Source: Lama guanicoe (Eukaryota). From it: 63,972 nt of DNA. The stretch covers positions 5,799,914 through 5,863,885 of the forward strand of contig MU055263.1 of the NCBI GenBank assembly GCA_013239625.1. Reading direction: 5' to 3'. Both the position numbers and the translations under genes were made by a program. Positions 40,250 to 54,135 of the stretch are shown here, one piece after another (within the stretch, counting starts at the first letter, position 1; every line of letters begins with the position of its first letter). The notes beneath the pieces were generated by a model. It was not told where the DNA came from and ran no database searches. It was given only the letters and a program-made list of their open reading frames with translations.

Positions 40250-40322
40250 AGGGAAAACTGAAACTCAGAGACCACAGCCACACTTCCTCTCTCCGGAGCA
40301 GTGCGTCCCCGGCTTTCCCCAC
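40250..40322. promoter_or_regulatory. Candidate interferon/myeloid enhancer core
   Basis: IRF/ISRE-like GGAAAACTGAAACT 40252-40265, RUNX ACCACA 40271-40276, PU.1 CACTTCCTCT 40281-40290, kappaB-like CGGCTTTCCC 40310-40319. Confidence 0.5.
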
Positions 40323-41649
40323 TAGACTCTGACAAAGAAGCTCTTAGCCCTGAGGCCCCTGCCCGCCTCTTCTTCCACTTCTGCTGTGCGATCAGAGACA
40401 CGGGTGAGGGGAGTTTGGAGTGGAAAGCAAAGGGCCGAGGTGACTGACAACGGGACAGTAAACCTCTTGGGGATCGCAGACTCAGACGTGATCGCAGAAG
40501 GATGGGACTCTGTCTCCTCCACCCCGTTGTCCTTGCCATCCCCCAGACGGTGAGGCCTCTGAGCACGGCCACTCAGCAGCTGCACGTCAGAGCTGGTCAC
40601 TCACGGCCGAGGGGACCGGGTGATGGGTCAGCCCCACTCAGACCCTTGAAAGGACACACATTTACCTTTGCACGCTTCCACCAGGAGTGTTGTCAGGGAC
40701 TCACCTGGGTCTTCCCGGGCTCTGTCCCAGGGCCTGGTGCAGCAGCTCTGCCCCTGCTCATGTCTGTCTACGGCGGCACAGTCACTGCTTTCTGGGGGCT
40801 TGGCTCCTCCCTGGCCCTCAGCCCTCGGGGACCCACCACATCTTTCCTTGTTTATTTCCCCTCTCCCAGGGGGAGTTTCTTCCTGGACTAAGGAGAGTCC
40901 TTCTATCCGGTTTGCTTTTTCCAAGACTCTCTGCTTGTAAATTCCCTTTCTCTCTTCCACAAACCTTCTAAATTCCCCCATGGGTTTAGGCTCTGTGAAA
41001 TAAAACCTGGAAATTGAAAGAGGAAGAGGAAAGGAGGAAATATAGGGAGAAGAAAAAAGAGAAACTCCTAAATTAAAGGCTTAAAATGTATTTTTTTCAA
41101 GATGTAAGTATTTGTAGGTGCTCTGATCCCAAATAATCATAATAATAACGTAGAAAAATAAACCGTTCAGTACTTGAAGGGAAGCTACTGTAGACAGGTA
41201 GGGTTATGGGGCCCCTCAGATGCCACTAGGCTTGCAGTTTTCCCCAGGTGAATGTGAGACTCCCCTGAGTACAGTATCCTGCAATATTTGGGTTGTAACT
41301 AATATTTCCTGCCATCTCTCAAAAGGTTGATCCCTCTACTCTTGACTCCCTCCCTTTTTTGTTTTACTCTTAGCAGGTTTTCGTGGATCAGATTTCCTTA
41401 CATCTTCCTTCTACCAGACTTGGCTTATTTGCCCTGAATTGCTTCTAACAAACTTTTACGAACTTGCTTCTTTATAAAATTTATTTTAAAATCTCCCCCT
41501 CTTTCTTTCTCTCCGTCTCCCCTTGCCTCTGTCCTCTGTCTCAAGTCCTATGAAGAGGGCAGCCAGCTCTCTTAAAAACAAAACAAAACAAAATAAACAA
41601 ACAAACAAAAAACCCCAGGAAAAAACCAAACAAGAACTCCTCTGCTGCC

Positions 41650-42530
41650 CTCTTGCGGGTGTCTGCAGAGGAGCAGCCGACGGTCAGGCGCCCACTAAGG
41701 AGCCACAGATGGGTTGCTCTCCTCTGCGGCAGCGGCCCGACGCTGAATGCGTCATCGCCACACGGAGACGCAGCTAGTCTTCCGCTGTTGGTAGCTGATG
41801 AGAAGTTCCCCCTCTTTTGTGTCCTAGTCCCAAGGCCTGGAGTCAAGGAAGAAAGCCAAGCATTCCACGATGTGTGGCGCTGTTCTCCGCGAAGAGTGGC
41901 CGCCCTCGGACGGGCAGCCGCAGCCCCCGCGCGGTGCCGAGGCGGGTCGGAACGGGCCTGCTCGGGCGTCAGGCCGACCTGCATTCCGGGTGCCAGGCAG
42001 TGACTGTGAGCTGCTTCTGCTTTTTTTTTCCCCTCCAGGATAGGGCATAAGACTTTAAGAAAACTTTTTCAAATAGAAGTCACACGTTCACTTGCACACT
42101 GGCAGAAGCAGACAGTGAGAGGAAGAGAGACGCCCCCGTGGCGCCAGCACAGAGCCGGCTGTCGGCGGCTTGCGTTGCATCGTCCTGTGTGCGAACGCGT
42201 CTTTGAAGAGCTGCAACCTATCAGAGGAGCGAGGAGGCCCGGGGCCCCCTCCTCGCACAGCACCGCGACTGCGAACGCGTTGCTCGGCCAGCTCGTCCGT
42301 CCCGCCCGCGGCGCGTCCGCCTGGCCGCGTCACCGCCTTCGCACTCCGCTCTCCCTCGTGAGGAGGGGGAGACTCAAGAGGCGTCCCCCGTGGCAGCTCC
42401 TCGTTGCCACGCAAACCTCAGCTCAGATACTGCCACCCCAGGGTCGCCTTCCCGCCCCTTCAGTCTAGGGACGCTCCTCTGTCATCTGTTGCTTCCTTCA
42501 TGCCATGTGTCAGTCCCGTCGGTAACGAAC
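41650..42530. promoter_or_regulatory. Orphan intergenic CpG island
   Basis: About 900 bp of high GC and CpG density with no recognisable coding exon; its right edge runs into an L2 remnant. Confidence 0.7.
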
Positions 42531-42809
42531 TTGCTCATGCATTTGCTTGCTTGTTTTTGGCTCTCCCCCGAGAGCCCAGGCCTTCTGTATCTTCTTTATC
42601 ACTCTGTCCCCAGGGCTTAGGGTAGTATTTGATGCCGAGAATTTGCGTGGGTGATAACTGCTCACTGACTGGCTGAATTCATTCTGTGGCTGGACCGACA
42701 GTACCAAATGCGTTTAAGTGATTTGTTTTTGCGGTGCCTTTAGGTTGTACCCCGAGTTTTAATATTTTTAACAGCGCTGCAAGAATGCCTTTGTACACTT
42801 TTCTCTCTC

Positions 42810-43970
42810 CAAACATTAAATTGAAACATTTTAAACATACAGAAAAGTAGAAAGGACAGTGCAATGAACACCCAAGTACTTTTCATTAAGATTTAAAATT
42901 TGTTAATATTTTGCCACGTTTACTTTCTCTCTCTACATACTTTTTTTGATGAACCACTTAAACCTCGCAGACTTCCTGACACTTCGCAATAGCCCTAAGC
43001 ATTTCAGCATGCATCTCCCAAGAATAAGCACCTTCTCCTAAATAAACACGTGTCATTAGCATACCTGGGAAAGCGTGTAACTAATGGTTCACTGACACCA
43101 CCGGATGGCCTATATTCGAATTCCCCAATCACGTCTAACGTACTTTTACAGCTGTTTCACTTATTTATAATTTTGAATCAGGGTCAAACCAAGTTTCATG
43201 CCCTGTATTTATTTGTTACATCTGTTTTCATAAACCTGGAAGTGTCATTGTGTGTTTCTGATGTATTATTCATTTTAAAAACAGCATTGAATTTTTAAAG
43301 AAACTAGTTTCCTTATAGAATATCCCACCTGTTTATTTTCTCGTGGTGTCTTTTTTCTTTCCCCATGTTTCCTGTTGCTGAGGTTAGATCTGGAAACTGG
43401 CTTAGGTTATGTGCTTATAATCACTTACAGTCGTGATTCTTTTTGATGTTAAAATTATCCCAAATTTGCCCATGAGGTGTCTATTTGGCATATTTGATAT
43501 GATCTCATTAAATCTTTGAGTGTACTTTTGGTTTCTGGCGCCAAAATATGTCATAGCCACATGTTGCGTTTTTCCCCTACACCTGCAATCTGTGGTTTCT
43601 CCAAGGAACATTGTTTGCTACTTTTTTTAAAGTGAACAAAAACTATTTGAAAACAAAAATCTGGGTGTTGCATTTGCTCATTATTACTGCAGTGCTGTTG
43701 CTTCAGGAACATTTTAGTGTGCCAAACTGTTATATATATATTTTTAATTTAATTTAATTTAATTTTTATTGAAGTTTAGTCAGTTTACAATGTTGTGTCC
43801 ATTTCTGGTGTACAGCACAATGCTTCAGTCATACGTATACATACATATATTCATTTTCATATTCTTTTTCTTTATATGTTACTACAAGATATTGACTATA
43901 ATTCCCTGTTATACAGTATAAACTTGTTTATCTGTTTTATATATAGTACTTAGTATCTGCAAATCTTGAA
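42810..43970 (-). mobile_element. L1 3'-end remnants (an old L1MC-like copy and a younger L1 tail at ~43740-43970)
   Basis: tttaaacatacagaaaagtagaaagg...; ttttattgaagtttagtcagtttacaatgttgtgtcc... Confidence 0.7.
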
Positions 43971-45021
43971 TTTTTCAACTCAAATTTATATTATAAAGAC
44001 TTTTCCTAACTTCTTTTATTTTACGTTTTTATATAAAACACTCATCAACCAAAACTCACCAAGGAAAAGATTAGATTTGTTTAGCTTGTTGTAGCAAAGA
44101 AAAATGCACACCATAGGGAATTGAGGGGCCATCTAAAAATTGGGGCATTAAGGCAGGCTCGGGGGATGGGAGTTGAACATAGGATAGCCTCAGCAGAAAT
44201 TATTTAGAATTTGTAAAGTTGGAGAGTTGCTGATATTGTTTGTAGTTTATCTTTAGAACACAAGGGTCCCCGATGAGTTGTTGATAGCCATGTAGTCTCT
44301 TCTCAAAACTATGGGCTGAATGAGCTGGTGTTTGAGCTCAATTTGTCTCACATGTTATATATTTTGTGCACTGTGGTACATGTATAGTAAGTTGTGGTTT
44401 TTGTTTCAGTTACTAGTTTCTGCTCTTGACTTGGCTGACATCAGGGTTATTTCTTTAAAACAGGTTTATTGAGGTGTAATTGATATACAGAACTGTGCAG
44501 ACACAATGTCTACAGGTGATGAGTTAGGATATATGCACACAGCCATGAAACCATCACCAGTATCAAGACAATACACATATTCATCACCTCCAAAATTTTC
44601 CTTGTGCTTCTATTTTTGTTTTTTGTTTTTGGTTACTCAAACTAACCAATCCTAGCCCTGCCTCTTTGCCTCACCCCTTCCTCCAACCCTTCCCCTTCCA
44701 GCAGCAGCCACAATGGAAGATAATTTTACCCTATTCATCTTACAATTCCAACAAGAAATTAAAAAAAAAATTAAATAGCAATAAAAAGAAAAAAATAACC
44801 AAGCTCAGAGGAAACAATGAGCAAACACCCCTCCAACAAGAAACCCCAAAAGAATAAAGAGACTAACAAAGTTTAAATATTGAAAATTATTGAATACAGA
44901 TTACAAACTCATGAGCTTTCTCTGTTTAAACAAATGAAAGACAAACTTTAAAATATCAGCAAGTAATAGAAAACTATATAAAGTGACAGCAAATTTCAAA
45001 AGGAATGAAAATGTCTTCCAT

Positions 45022-45524
45022 TGTGGAGGATTCACGTTTAATTCTTTCGGGTGCCTGTGACTATTACTAGTCCAGAATCACCTTAAACCAATATTTTGGC
45101 TTGAGTTCCTGGACCATCCAAGAGATGCAACCCTGTAGTAACTATATTTACTAGCTTCTGTATTTAATGGTTTGGCATCTTGGGACTTTGCAGTCCCTGA
45201 AAAGACTGATCAACCCGGGACTAGCCAACACTCCTTTGCAAGTGTGCCTTTTATATAAAAACCAACCAATCGATAGCCCATATTCCAGCCACCTCCTCTA
45301 TCAGCCTTCACACTCTGGGCCACTACCCAGCTGCTCTTGCCCAGGTTTCTCCTTGCTCCCTCTGCCCCTGACTGACCCTGGTACCTTCTTGTGTGGCCCC
45401 ACAGGGGCGTGGTGTGCCCTCTCCCCTTGGGAGCTGTGAATAACAAACTATCTTTTCGATGACAATCATCTTATCTGTTGGCCTCACCATATTTGAATAA
45501 TAACAAAACATACATTTTAAAACA
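45022..45524 (+). mobile_element. ERVL-type solo LTR (MER74-like)
   Basis: TG...CA termini; aaaccaaccaatcgatagccca...tcacactctgggccacta recalled as MER74-like. Confidence 0.55.
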
Positions 45525-45674
45525 ATCCCCAGTCTGCAAATAAATGTGATAGCCAGGAATCTTTTTTTGCTTCTACTGTCTCTCCTTTCCATGTGTATCA
45601 AATCAACCTTGGACGTAACGCGTTGGCAGTGAGGGAAGGCAGGCTTCCTTCTAGCTCACGCTTTCTTTGCTGGT

Positions 45675-45865
45675 GTGCTCCAGTTGTTTTCATCCTTGAC
45701 TGCAGTTAGAATCACCTGGGGAGGAGGTCTTAAAAAAACACTCATCCTTGCTCCAAGTCCAGGTCTACCGAGTCAGAGACTCTGGTGGTGGTCCAGAGAG
45801 CAAGTGTGAGCATTTTTAAGTGTGTCCCTATTGATGTTCATGTGCAGCAAATGTCAAGAATTACT
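45675..45865. mobile_element. MER5-like hAT-Charlie element
   Basis: ttagaatcacctgggga...gagtcagagactctgg...cattttt. Confidence 0.6.
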
Positions 45866-48734
45866 AATTTAGTCTTTCAGTATCTGAAGGAGGTCTCCTA
45901 CCAGACCCTGTCTGTCCTCCTAACATCTTATACTGACAGAACTGAACTCTGCCGTTTTGCGAAGGAAGAATACTTAAGGAGTTCAGCTCTGTTTTTTTCA
46001 GAGTAGAGAATAAAGGGTAGACTTGGAGTTGGGAAGCAATGAATTGATAAAAGCACAATCACACTGAGAATCACACGGGTGTATAGTGATCACATGTAAC
46101 AGGTTAACACTGAGCAAGTCTGGCACAGTTCCAGGGATGCTGTAAGCGATTAATATATATGATACTGTTACTATATTTTCTAATGTAACATGTAGTTTTA
46201 CGTATTGTAAGACCCATTCCAGTTTTATTATCAGATAGTGCTGGAGTTCTCACTAATGGCTCCAGGAGCTGTGAGATGACCGGTAGTTTTCAGGAGGGGT
46301 GAGACAGCATCTCTTCCCTTCAAGCTGAAAAAACAGAACAGCAGGAAAAAGCACAGTTATTCATTTGCCTCTTACAGATCAGGGAGCATTCCGACCTGAG
46401 GTAATTTTTTGCAATGAAAGTGTGAGCCCCTCAAATTGCAGCAAGAATGCTTTGCTAGGGTTCTAGTATGGGAATTACAAGCTTAGAATTTTTATGTTCA
46501 AACAAAACATATTTCCTCACTAATAAAGACAGTTTGCCATTGAAGCGTCATCACCTTTTGTGTTGAATGGAACTGTGTTGTCATTGCATTAATCCTCAGG
46601 GTTCTTGAGAGGCAAGAGTATAGAATTATCCATCCCATTTTATATTGCTTTTACTTCTCATAATTGGTTAATATCATGTTATTAAAACCTATGTTCTTTA
46701 CCTTTTATTTTTCTTCTTGCTAGCAATAGACTAGCAATCTTTGATCCTGAATAATAACATTTTGATGTTTTAGTTCATGGATTTTTACACTATTTTTAAA
46801 TTGAGATGTAACTGGCATATGACATTATATTACTTTCAGGTGCACAAAATCATGATTTGGTGTATATATATATATGTATCAACTATATATGTATATGTAT
46901 CATATTTATGTATTTGATACAAATGATCACAGTAAGTCTAGTTAACAGCCATTGCCACAAATAACTGTATTTTTTTCCTATGGTGAGAGCTTTTAAGATC
47001 TGCTCTCTTAGCAACTTTCAAACAGATAATACAGCATTACTGACTATGGACATCAAGTACATTACATCCCCATAGACTCTCCGGGTGAGCTCTGGCTTTT
47101 GAGCTCTTGCCCCTTATCTCATAACACCTTCAAAACTGATGGTGCATTCCTTCGTTGGACAACAGCTTCAGGGCTCCACCTACCTCACTGACTTACCACT
47201 TTCCCTTGAAACTTGGCCTAATGATGTCACTTAACACCAGTTTAAAATTTTTATTGCGTTTAAAAAACACCTTTTCTTAATCCAGAAGTTTACATTATTT
47301 TCAGTGCAAGGCTTTGTCTGAAAGGGTTATTCAGATTCGGTCACCCTATTTCCCAATTCTTAGGCTTCAGTTATCTCCAACACTCCCCGTCTGCTCACCC
47401 TGTCTCTCGCCTCCGCTCTCAAACCCACCGCAGCAGAGCGTTCCTGGTACCAGTCGGCTCACGTCTGTGTCCCGCCTCGAGTGCCTTTCAGCTATTCTCT
47501 CTCGGGCTTTCCTTTACACTGTGACAGGCAGCCCACTTTGCACAAGCACGGCCTGTGGGCGTCGGGTGTTAAAGGCCCCACAGAAGCTCTCAGCCAATGG
47601 GAAGTGCGCCTTGTTGGACAGGTCTCCGTGCTGCCCTTCAAAGGGATACTTCTGAGGTGCGTTCCACGTCGTTCTTCAGAAGGTCCATGTTGGGATTGCC
47701 CTCCAGTTTCCCACAAGGGACCCAGCGCAGTGACTCACCTTCCTTGACTTGTCCCTTTTCCTCGTCTACTCCCCTCTGGATTCCTGGCATCACTGCCCAG
47801 ATGAGCCACGTACACCCAAGTACCTGTTGCTGTGAAACTGTCTCTCCATAGAAGCTTAAGACCTTACTACTTCTCTCTTCATTTCAATTAACCTTTAAAG
47901 AAACTACATTATAGCCAATGTTTATGTTAGGAAACATATGATGGCAAAACTATTATTGCATGCATGTAATATACTTGTATATGTGGATTTCTACTCCGTT
48001 ATAATTGAATTTCTATAAAATCTACATTGAATTTATATTGAATTCAGTAAAGCGCTTTTGGCAGGGAAACTCACACATCACTGGATGGATGATGGTTCTG
48101 AGCTACCACACGATGGCAGTGTCGGCGAGCCTTTACACCTTAGGTTTGGCCTTGTGCAGCGTCTGTGGGAACCGTGTTCTGTGCTGGGGATGAACAGACC
48201 ATGTTGCACAAGTGTAGGCAGAAGTACCCCTGAAAAGTCTCTCATAACCTTCACCATTGCCCCGCCCTCTCAGGCCAGCTGGGGTCACCTTGACTGGTGC
48301 CCAGATGTCAGGCTTCCTCACTCTCTCACAGAGGCCTGCAGACCTGGGCAGATGTCACACACCAAACCAGCCTCTCCCTCACTACCACTGACTGTATTCC
48401 ATCACTTTTGGTTTCTCTTCGGCCGGTCTAGGAGCTGCTGGCAGTGCTATGTTGCTGGGAGTAAGACAGTTACTGGCATAGCTATGTGGATGCGTGGCTT
48501 GGGGACCCAGGCAGGAACTCATGTGGATGATGCGTAGACACGTGGACAGTATACATATTCCTTTTCTGCATCTCTGCTCCAAGACTGAGGATATTTAGAC
48601 ACTGTTTAACCCAAATGGCCCTAGAAGCAGACACTCAGCCTGAGAGTCTGGACTTGGACCATTTTACTCGGCTTGTAAGACGATGATACATCCATGAGCT
48701 GGTGACAACCCCTGGCATATGGTAGCACCACACT

Positions 48735-48920
48735 GGCCTAAACCAGGATGGCTCCCCATTGCCCACTTTTGTAAACAGCGTCTCACTGGAACACAGCTGT
48801 GCCCGTTCGTTTACCTGTTGTGCAGGGATGGCCTCACTGAACAGCTGTGACCGAGACCCTACGGCTCAAAAAGCCTGAAATACTTACTATCTGGCCTTTT
48901 ATGGAGAGGTCCCCACAAGC
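48735..48920 (+). mobile_element. MER58-like hAT-Charlie element
   Basis: ttttgtaaacagc...actggaacacagc...aaagcctgaaatacttactatctggcctttta. Confidence 0.7.
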
Positions 48921-51900
48921 AAGGAGAATGGCGAGGAGGGCGGAGAAGGGCAGGGAGGAGGGGGCTCCCTGCACCCTCACAGCCTGGCTTCCCTGGACGT
49001 CTCCCTGCTGCACCGCTCGTCCTTCCCTTACACACTGCTCCACTTTCTTTCTCACAAGCACATGTGTGCACCCAGTCACTTTCTTATCTGACCAGATACA
49101 TCCCTTTGGAACTGGTCCAACTGGCTAAATTCCTGTGGAAAGAGGGTATCTGTGTTAGGGGAGGGTCCGTGTGTCAGGGAGGTGCAGGCATGCTGAGCAA
49201 GTGCCAGTGGTGGGCATCTCCAGGTAATACAATGAAGGGCTGTTCATTTCCATCTTTAATCTTTATTTTCTAGTTACTTGTTTAACTAAATGTATATATT
49301 AAGGAACAGGTTTAAAATGTTACAAAAATCCCCAGGAGTCCCACCAAGAGAAAAGTGCTTGAAATATCCTTGTTGTACACAGCCTTGCCTACGTCTGTGC
49401 CATGGATTTTCTATTTTTCTTGTTTGCCAAGGAAACTTAAGCCTCCTTCAGCAGCCTTGCACTGGGGAGAGATGTATCAAGAAGGGGGCTATGAAGGCCT
49501 TCCAGTGCGGGGCGGCCCCCAGAAAGCAGGGCATGTGTCAGGGTGTGACGGCTAAATAGCTTTTCCTAACTTCCTCTCACCCTGAACCACACACACCCAT
49601 ATTTGTGCTGTAATGAGTGGGTCTGGCAGGAGTCTACTAGCTGAAAAACAGCATGAGTTACTTTTGCTTTCAGCTTCAGTTTTATCACCGTTGTACTGGA
49701 AGAGAAGATGGACCTGCTCCCTCTTTTTTAGCCTTAGTGAAGGAGGGACAGAGAGGTGGAAGGAGCTAGCCAGCAAGGTGTGAGAGGCACTGAGAACCGT
49801 TCTGGTACCCGTGTGTGGAGCAGGTATGTCCTTGTCTTTTATGTGCAGCACAAACCTGATTTCTTTCTTTTTTTTTTTTTTTGAAGTATAGTTGATTTAC
49901 AATGCTGTGTTAGTTGCTGGTGTGCAGCACAGTGACTCAGTTACACACGCATATATTCTTTTTCATTATCGGTCACTGCAAGGTGCTGAATATAGTTCAG
50001 TGGGACTTTGTTGCTTATCTATTCTGTATGTAGTAATCTGCAAGATTGATTTCTGATTCAAAGTGACACCTGAGGATGGGCAAGTGGCCTGCGGTCTGGC
50101 ATGCAGGGCTCTGTGGCTGGCTTTAGTTTGAGGGAAGCTCGGCTTCTCTGTTTGGACCAGTGGCAGCTGCAAAGTGACAGCCAGGCACACGGTGTCCCCC
50201 TGGATGTGCTGCTCCGTGAGAGAGTCCTCCTGGGAGCCTGCCTGTCTTGCTCTGTCAAGCTCTGTGGGCTGGCTTAGAATTCAGAGAATAAGACAGTCCC
50301 TGGCAAGGAGGTTATAGGGAACTGTCATCTAGAGAGACAGTTTCTTTTCAATGTTTCTATTAGCCAGTTTAAGAAAGCTCACAGTGAGAGCTCTGTAAAT
50401 CTCTATGTAGAGATAAATTTTGTTCCCTCACCCCTGATCTTTATTAGTTAAACATTACAATTGCGTCAAAATTCTCTTTCTTTTTCTGTGTCTCTGGCTC
50501 CCCCTTCCTCCCTCTCATTCTCTCGCTTCCCCTCTTCCCCACCCCCACCCCCATGTTTGTGGGTTTGTTTTTTGAAAGAACATTGGAGTCATTTGTAGCA
50601 TGTTTTAAACGTACACAATCTGGGTTTAATGGTCCCTTTGGATGATTCATCCCATTTTGAAAACCAATCTGGAATAGGATTGAAGAGCTGCAGTTTGTTA
50701 ATTTGATGTTAAAAATTCTGTGGCTCATTCACAGCCAAGAAATCACAGACCTGGTTTTTACAAAGTTGTTTCCCTCGCATTTTCCTGCAGCTTCCTTTAG
50801 TGCTCCCTTTAAAGAGGGGACTGGACAATTCTAGTCATTATAATGTGGCTGTCAGAGGCTCCTGTTCTACCTTTGTGTTCTTTGCTCCCACAATGAAGAA
50901 TCAGACAAAAGGAGATGGTGCAGGAGCAGTGTTTGAATTTCCTTGCTGCTTTGCTCTGATAAAAATTTTTATTTATAGACCTTGTTTCTTAGTAACCCAA
51001 AGTTTGCCGATTGTGTTCAAATGCGTAACCCGATTTGTCTAGTGCAATATTGTGGATACAGCTCCACCTAATTCAATAAACATGCACTGAAACCCCATTT
51101 TGTGCTGCATGCTATGCTCAGATACAAGCTAATAGTTATCTAATTTTATTATCAAAACATCCTCCAGACTGGACTTATCATTTTCCTCATATGACCCCTA
51201 TAATTATTCTTAAAAACATAGGTTTAGCTAGGTGAGGCTTCTTGTTTAAGGCCACACAAGTAGTAACTGATAAAGCTGGTATTTTTTTAAAAATATTTTT
51301 GATAGTATTTGAGGCATCTTTAATATTTGACTTATAAATATGAAACTGAATATTTGAGACATTTGAATATAATATCATATTCATATAGTCTAATTATGAA
51401 ACATGCATATGTGTTACAGGGAACTTTTAGTACAATGGCAATCAAAACCATGCCCGAAGACCCGTGGTGTAACTGTGCTCTTGAGGCTTGATTTTGTAAA
51501 TCAGATTGTGCCTTGGAAGACAATGACAAGGGAATCTCTTGTTCTTTTCACCTAGATTTACCCACCGGTTACATTTTGCTGGATTTGCTTTATCTCTCTG
51601 AATATATGTATATGTCTCTCAAAAGAATATAAATGATATTTGCATTTTCATTCTTATTTTCATTTATGGGATTAACTTGCAAAAAGTCTGACCCTTCTCA
51701 GCTAAGCACTTTGGACTAAATCTCTTAAGATTCAAGACATCTTCCTGAAACAGAAGAAGAGTGGCAAGTGGAAGAAGGAGCAGCTGTGTGGGAAGGTCGC
51801 TCCACAGTGTGCGGCCCCTGCTCAAAAGGGGAGGCAGGCAGAGGGGAAAGGCTTCAGTATTTTACCTATGAGTGTGATGCTAGCTGTGAGTTTTCCATAC

Positions 51901-53781
51901 ACAGCCTGTATTATGTTGAGGTAGTCTGTTTTTACTCCTAGTTTTATTGTTTGGTTTTCACATATTTGTGAATTTTGCAGTTTTACTCCATCTATTAATT
52001 TCTAGTTTAATTTCACTGGGTTCAGAAAAGATAATTTGTATGATTTTAGCCTTTTAAAATTTGTTAGGGCTTGTTTTGTGGCCTAAAATATGATCTATCC
52101 CTTGGAAATATTCCATGCCCATCTGGGAAAACGTGTGTTCTCTTGTTGTTGGATGGGAGTGTCTGTATATGTCTGCTGAGCTCAGTTAAGCTATAGTGTT
52201 GTTCAAGTCCTTCATTTTGTTTTTGACCTTCTGTCTGTTTTTTCTACCTATTATTGCAAGTAGGGTATTAAACTCTCCTACTATTGTTGAGTGATCTGAT
52301 GCTCAGTTCTGTCAATGTTTATTTCATGTATTTTGGAACTCTGCTGTTCAGGATATACATATTTAGAATTGTTTTATCTTCTAGATAAACTTGACTCTTT
52401 TAACACAATGTCCTTCCTCGTCTCTTTTAACAGTGCTTGAAACACATTCTCTTTTGTCTCACAGAGGCATAAGCACAACAGTGCTCTTTTCGTTGTTATT
52501 TGCATAGAATACCTTCCTGGGGAGTACAGTAAGGTGGTAGTTGCGGGGGCAGACCTGTCTCCAACCTGTCCGGTGGCAAACCAGCACCCATTCACTCCTT
52601 CTAGCCTAGGCTTCTCCAGCCTTTCTACCTGTTTCAGTCTTTCTCCAAGTAGCCAAGGGGGCTTGTCTCCTCTGTGTAGGACCCCAGGACTGGGATGCCC
52701 AGTCTGTGGCTTGACCTACTCACTCCTCAGGGTTAGGGTCTGTTTGCACCATCTTCCTTTTCCTCTTAGTCCGTCCCCAGGTGCACAGGTCCCAGCCTAA
52801 AGTTTTCACCCCTGCCCTACCTAATTATGTGGAAATATGCCTTGAAATCTTGATTGTATAGGAGTTCTTCTGTCAGTTTTCAGTGGGAAATTCTTTTCCA
52901 TCATCTTGATCCTCCTCCTCTGGAATCAAGTATTCTTGATTGACAGTTTCAACCCCCACCCCATCACTTTCAGTTTTTAGCAATTTAAATGTATCATTCC
53001 ACTGCCTTCTGGACTCCAAATATTTTGTTGAGAAATTGACTGACAATCTTATTGGATGTGATGAGTCACTGCTTTCTTGTTGCTTTCAAGATTCTCTCTT
53101 TGTCTTTTGACAGTTTGATTATAATATGCCTCAGCATTGGTCTCTGATGATTTATCCCACTGGAGTTTGTTGAGCATCTTGCATTTGTAGATTCTTGTAT
53201 TTCATTGCACTGGGATTTTTCAGCCATTATTTCCCCAGATAATCTCTCTGCCCTGCCTCTCCCTTCTGCTTTAGGGACTTTCACAACGCACATATCTGTC
53301 TACTTGATAGTATCCCATAACTCTCTTAGGCTATACTCACTTTTAAAAAGTTATTTCTTCCTTCTGCTCCTGAGACTTGGTAACTTAAAATGTCCTGTCT
53401 TCAAGTCTGCTGAGACTTTCTTTTGCCTGCTCAAGTCTGATCCCCTTTAGAAAATTTGTAAATTCATTTACTGTATTTTCCAGCTTCAGAATTTCTGTTT
53501 GGTTTCTTTTCTTCTTATTATTATTTTTATCTCCTTATTGATTTTCTAATTTTGTTCACATATTGTTTTTCTGATTTTCTTTTGTTCTTTTTCTGAGTCT
53601 TCCTTTAGCTTTTTGAGCATATTTTTAGAAGTTATTTTAAAGTCTTTGCCTAGAACATCTAATGCATGTGTTTCTTCAGAGTTGTTTTTTACTTTATTTC
53701 ATTCCTTTGAAAGGGCCATATTTTTTTTTTTTTTGGTATGCCTTGTGATTTTTGCTGTTGATGTTGTAAAATTGGATATTC

Positions 53782-53890
53782 ATTTATTTATTTATTTATT
53801 TATTTTAAATGGAGGTATTGGGTATTGCACCCAGGACCTTGGATATGCTAAGTACATGCTCTACCACTGAGTTACTGTCCTTCCACTCCC
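53782..53890 (-). mobile_element. tRNA-derived SINE (Vic-1-like, camelid)
   Basis: (TTTA)n tail followed by ggggtattgcacccaggacct...tgctaagtacatgctctaccactgag, the reverse complement of Pol III A/B-box tRNA-like sequence. Confidence 0.7.
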
Positions 53891-54135
53891 TGAAATCTGA
53901 GCATTTATGAAAGCCGTCACCTTTCCCATCCTTTGCATACAGGCTTTGTGACAAGGAAGTCTTTCCCTAAGCTGGCCCTTGGTTTTGAGGCTTGGGATCA
54001 AGCTAAGGAGAAGCCTTAAAGTCTTCTTAGGCTTTTCTGAACATGCATCTTCCCTGGGCCTGTGTGTTGCTTTTTCAATTTTCCCATATATGTGCTCCTT
54101 TTAAGTATATTAATTTCCCAATGGGTCACCACATA

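Noticed and set aside
42129-42398. CTCF-like strings cgcccccgtggc and tcccccgtggc
   Set aside because: Spacing is one base off the core, and such strings are common in GC-rich DNA.
41523-42625. Overlapping ORFs on both strands
   Set aside because: Expected by chance in a CpG island; no homology or exon structure recognised.
50339-50349. ISRE-like AGTTTCTTTTC as the GBP promoter or exon 1
   Set aside because: Single short motif with no supporting GAS site, TSS or donor evidence; exon 1 could not be located.
53810-53885. tRNA gene
   Set aside because: Degenerate tRNA-like body followed by a (TAAA)n tail; this is a SINE.
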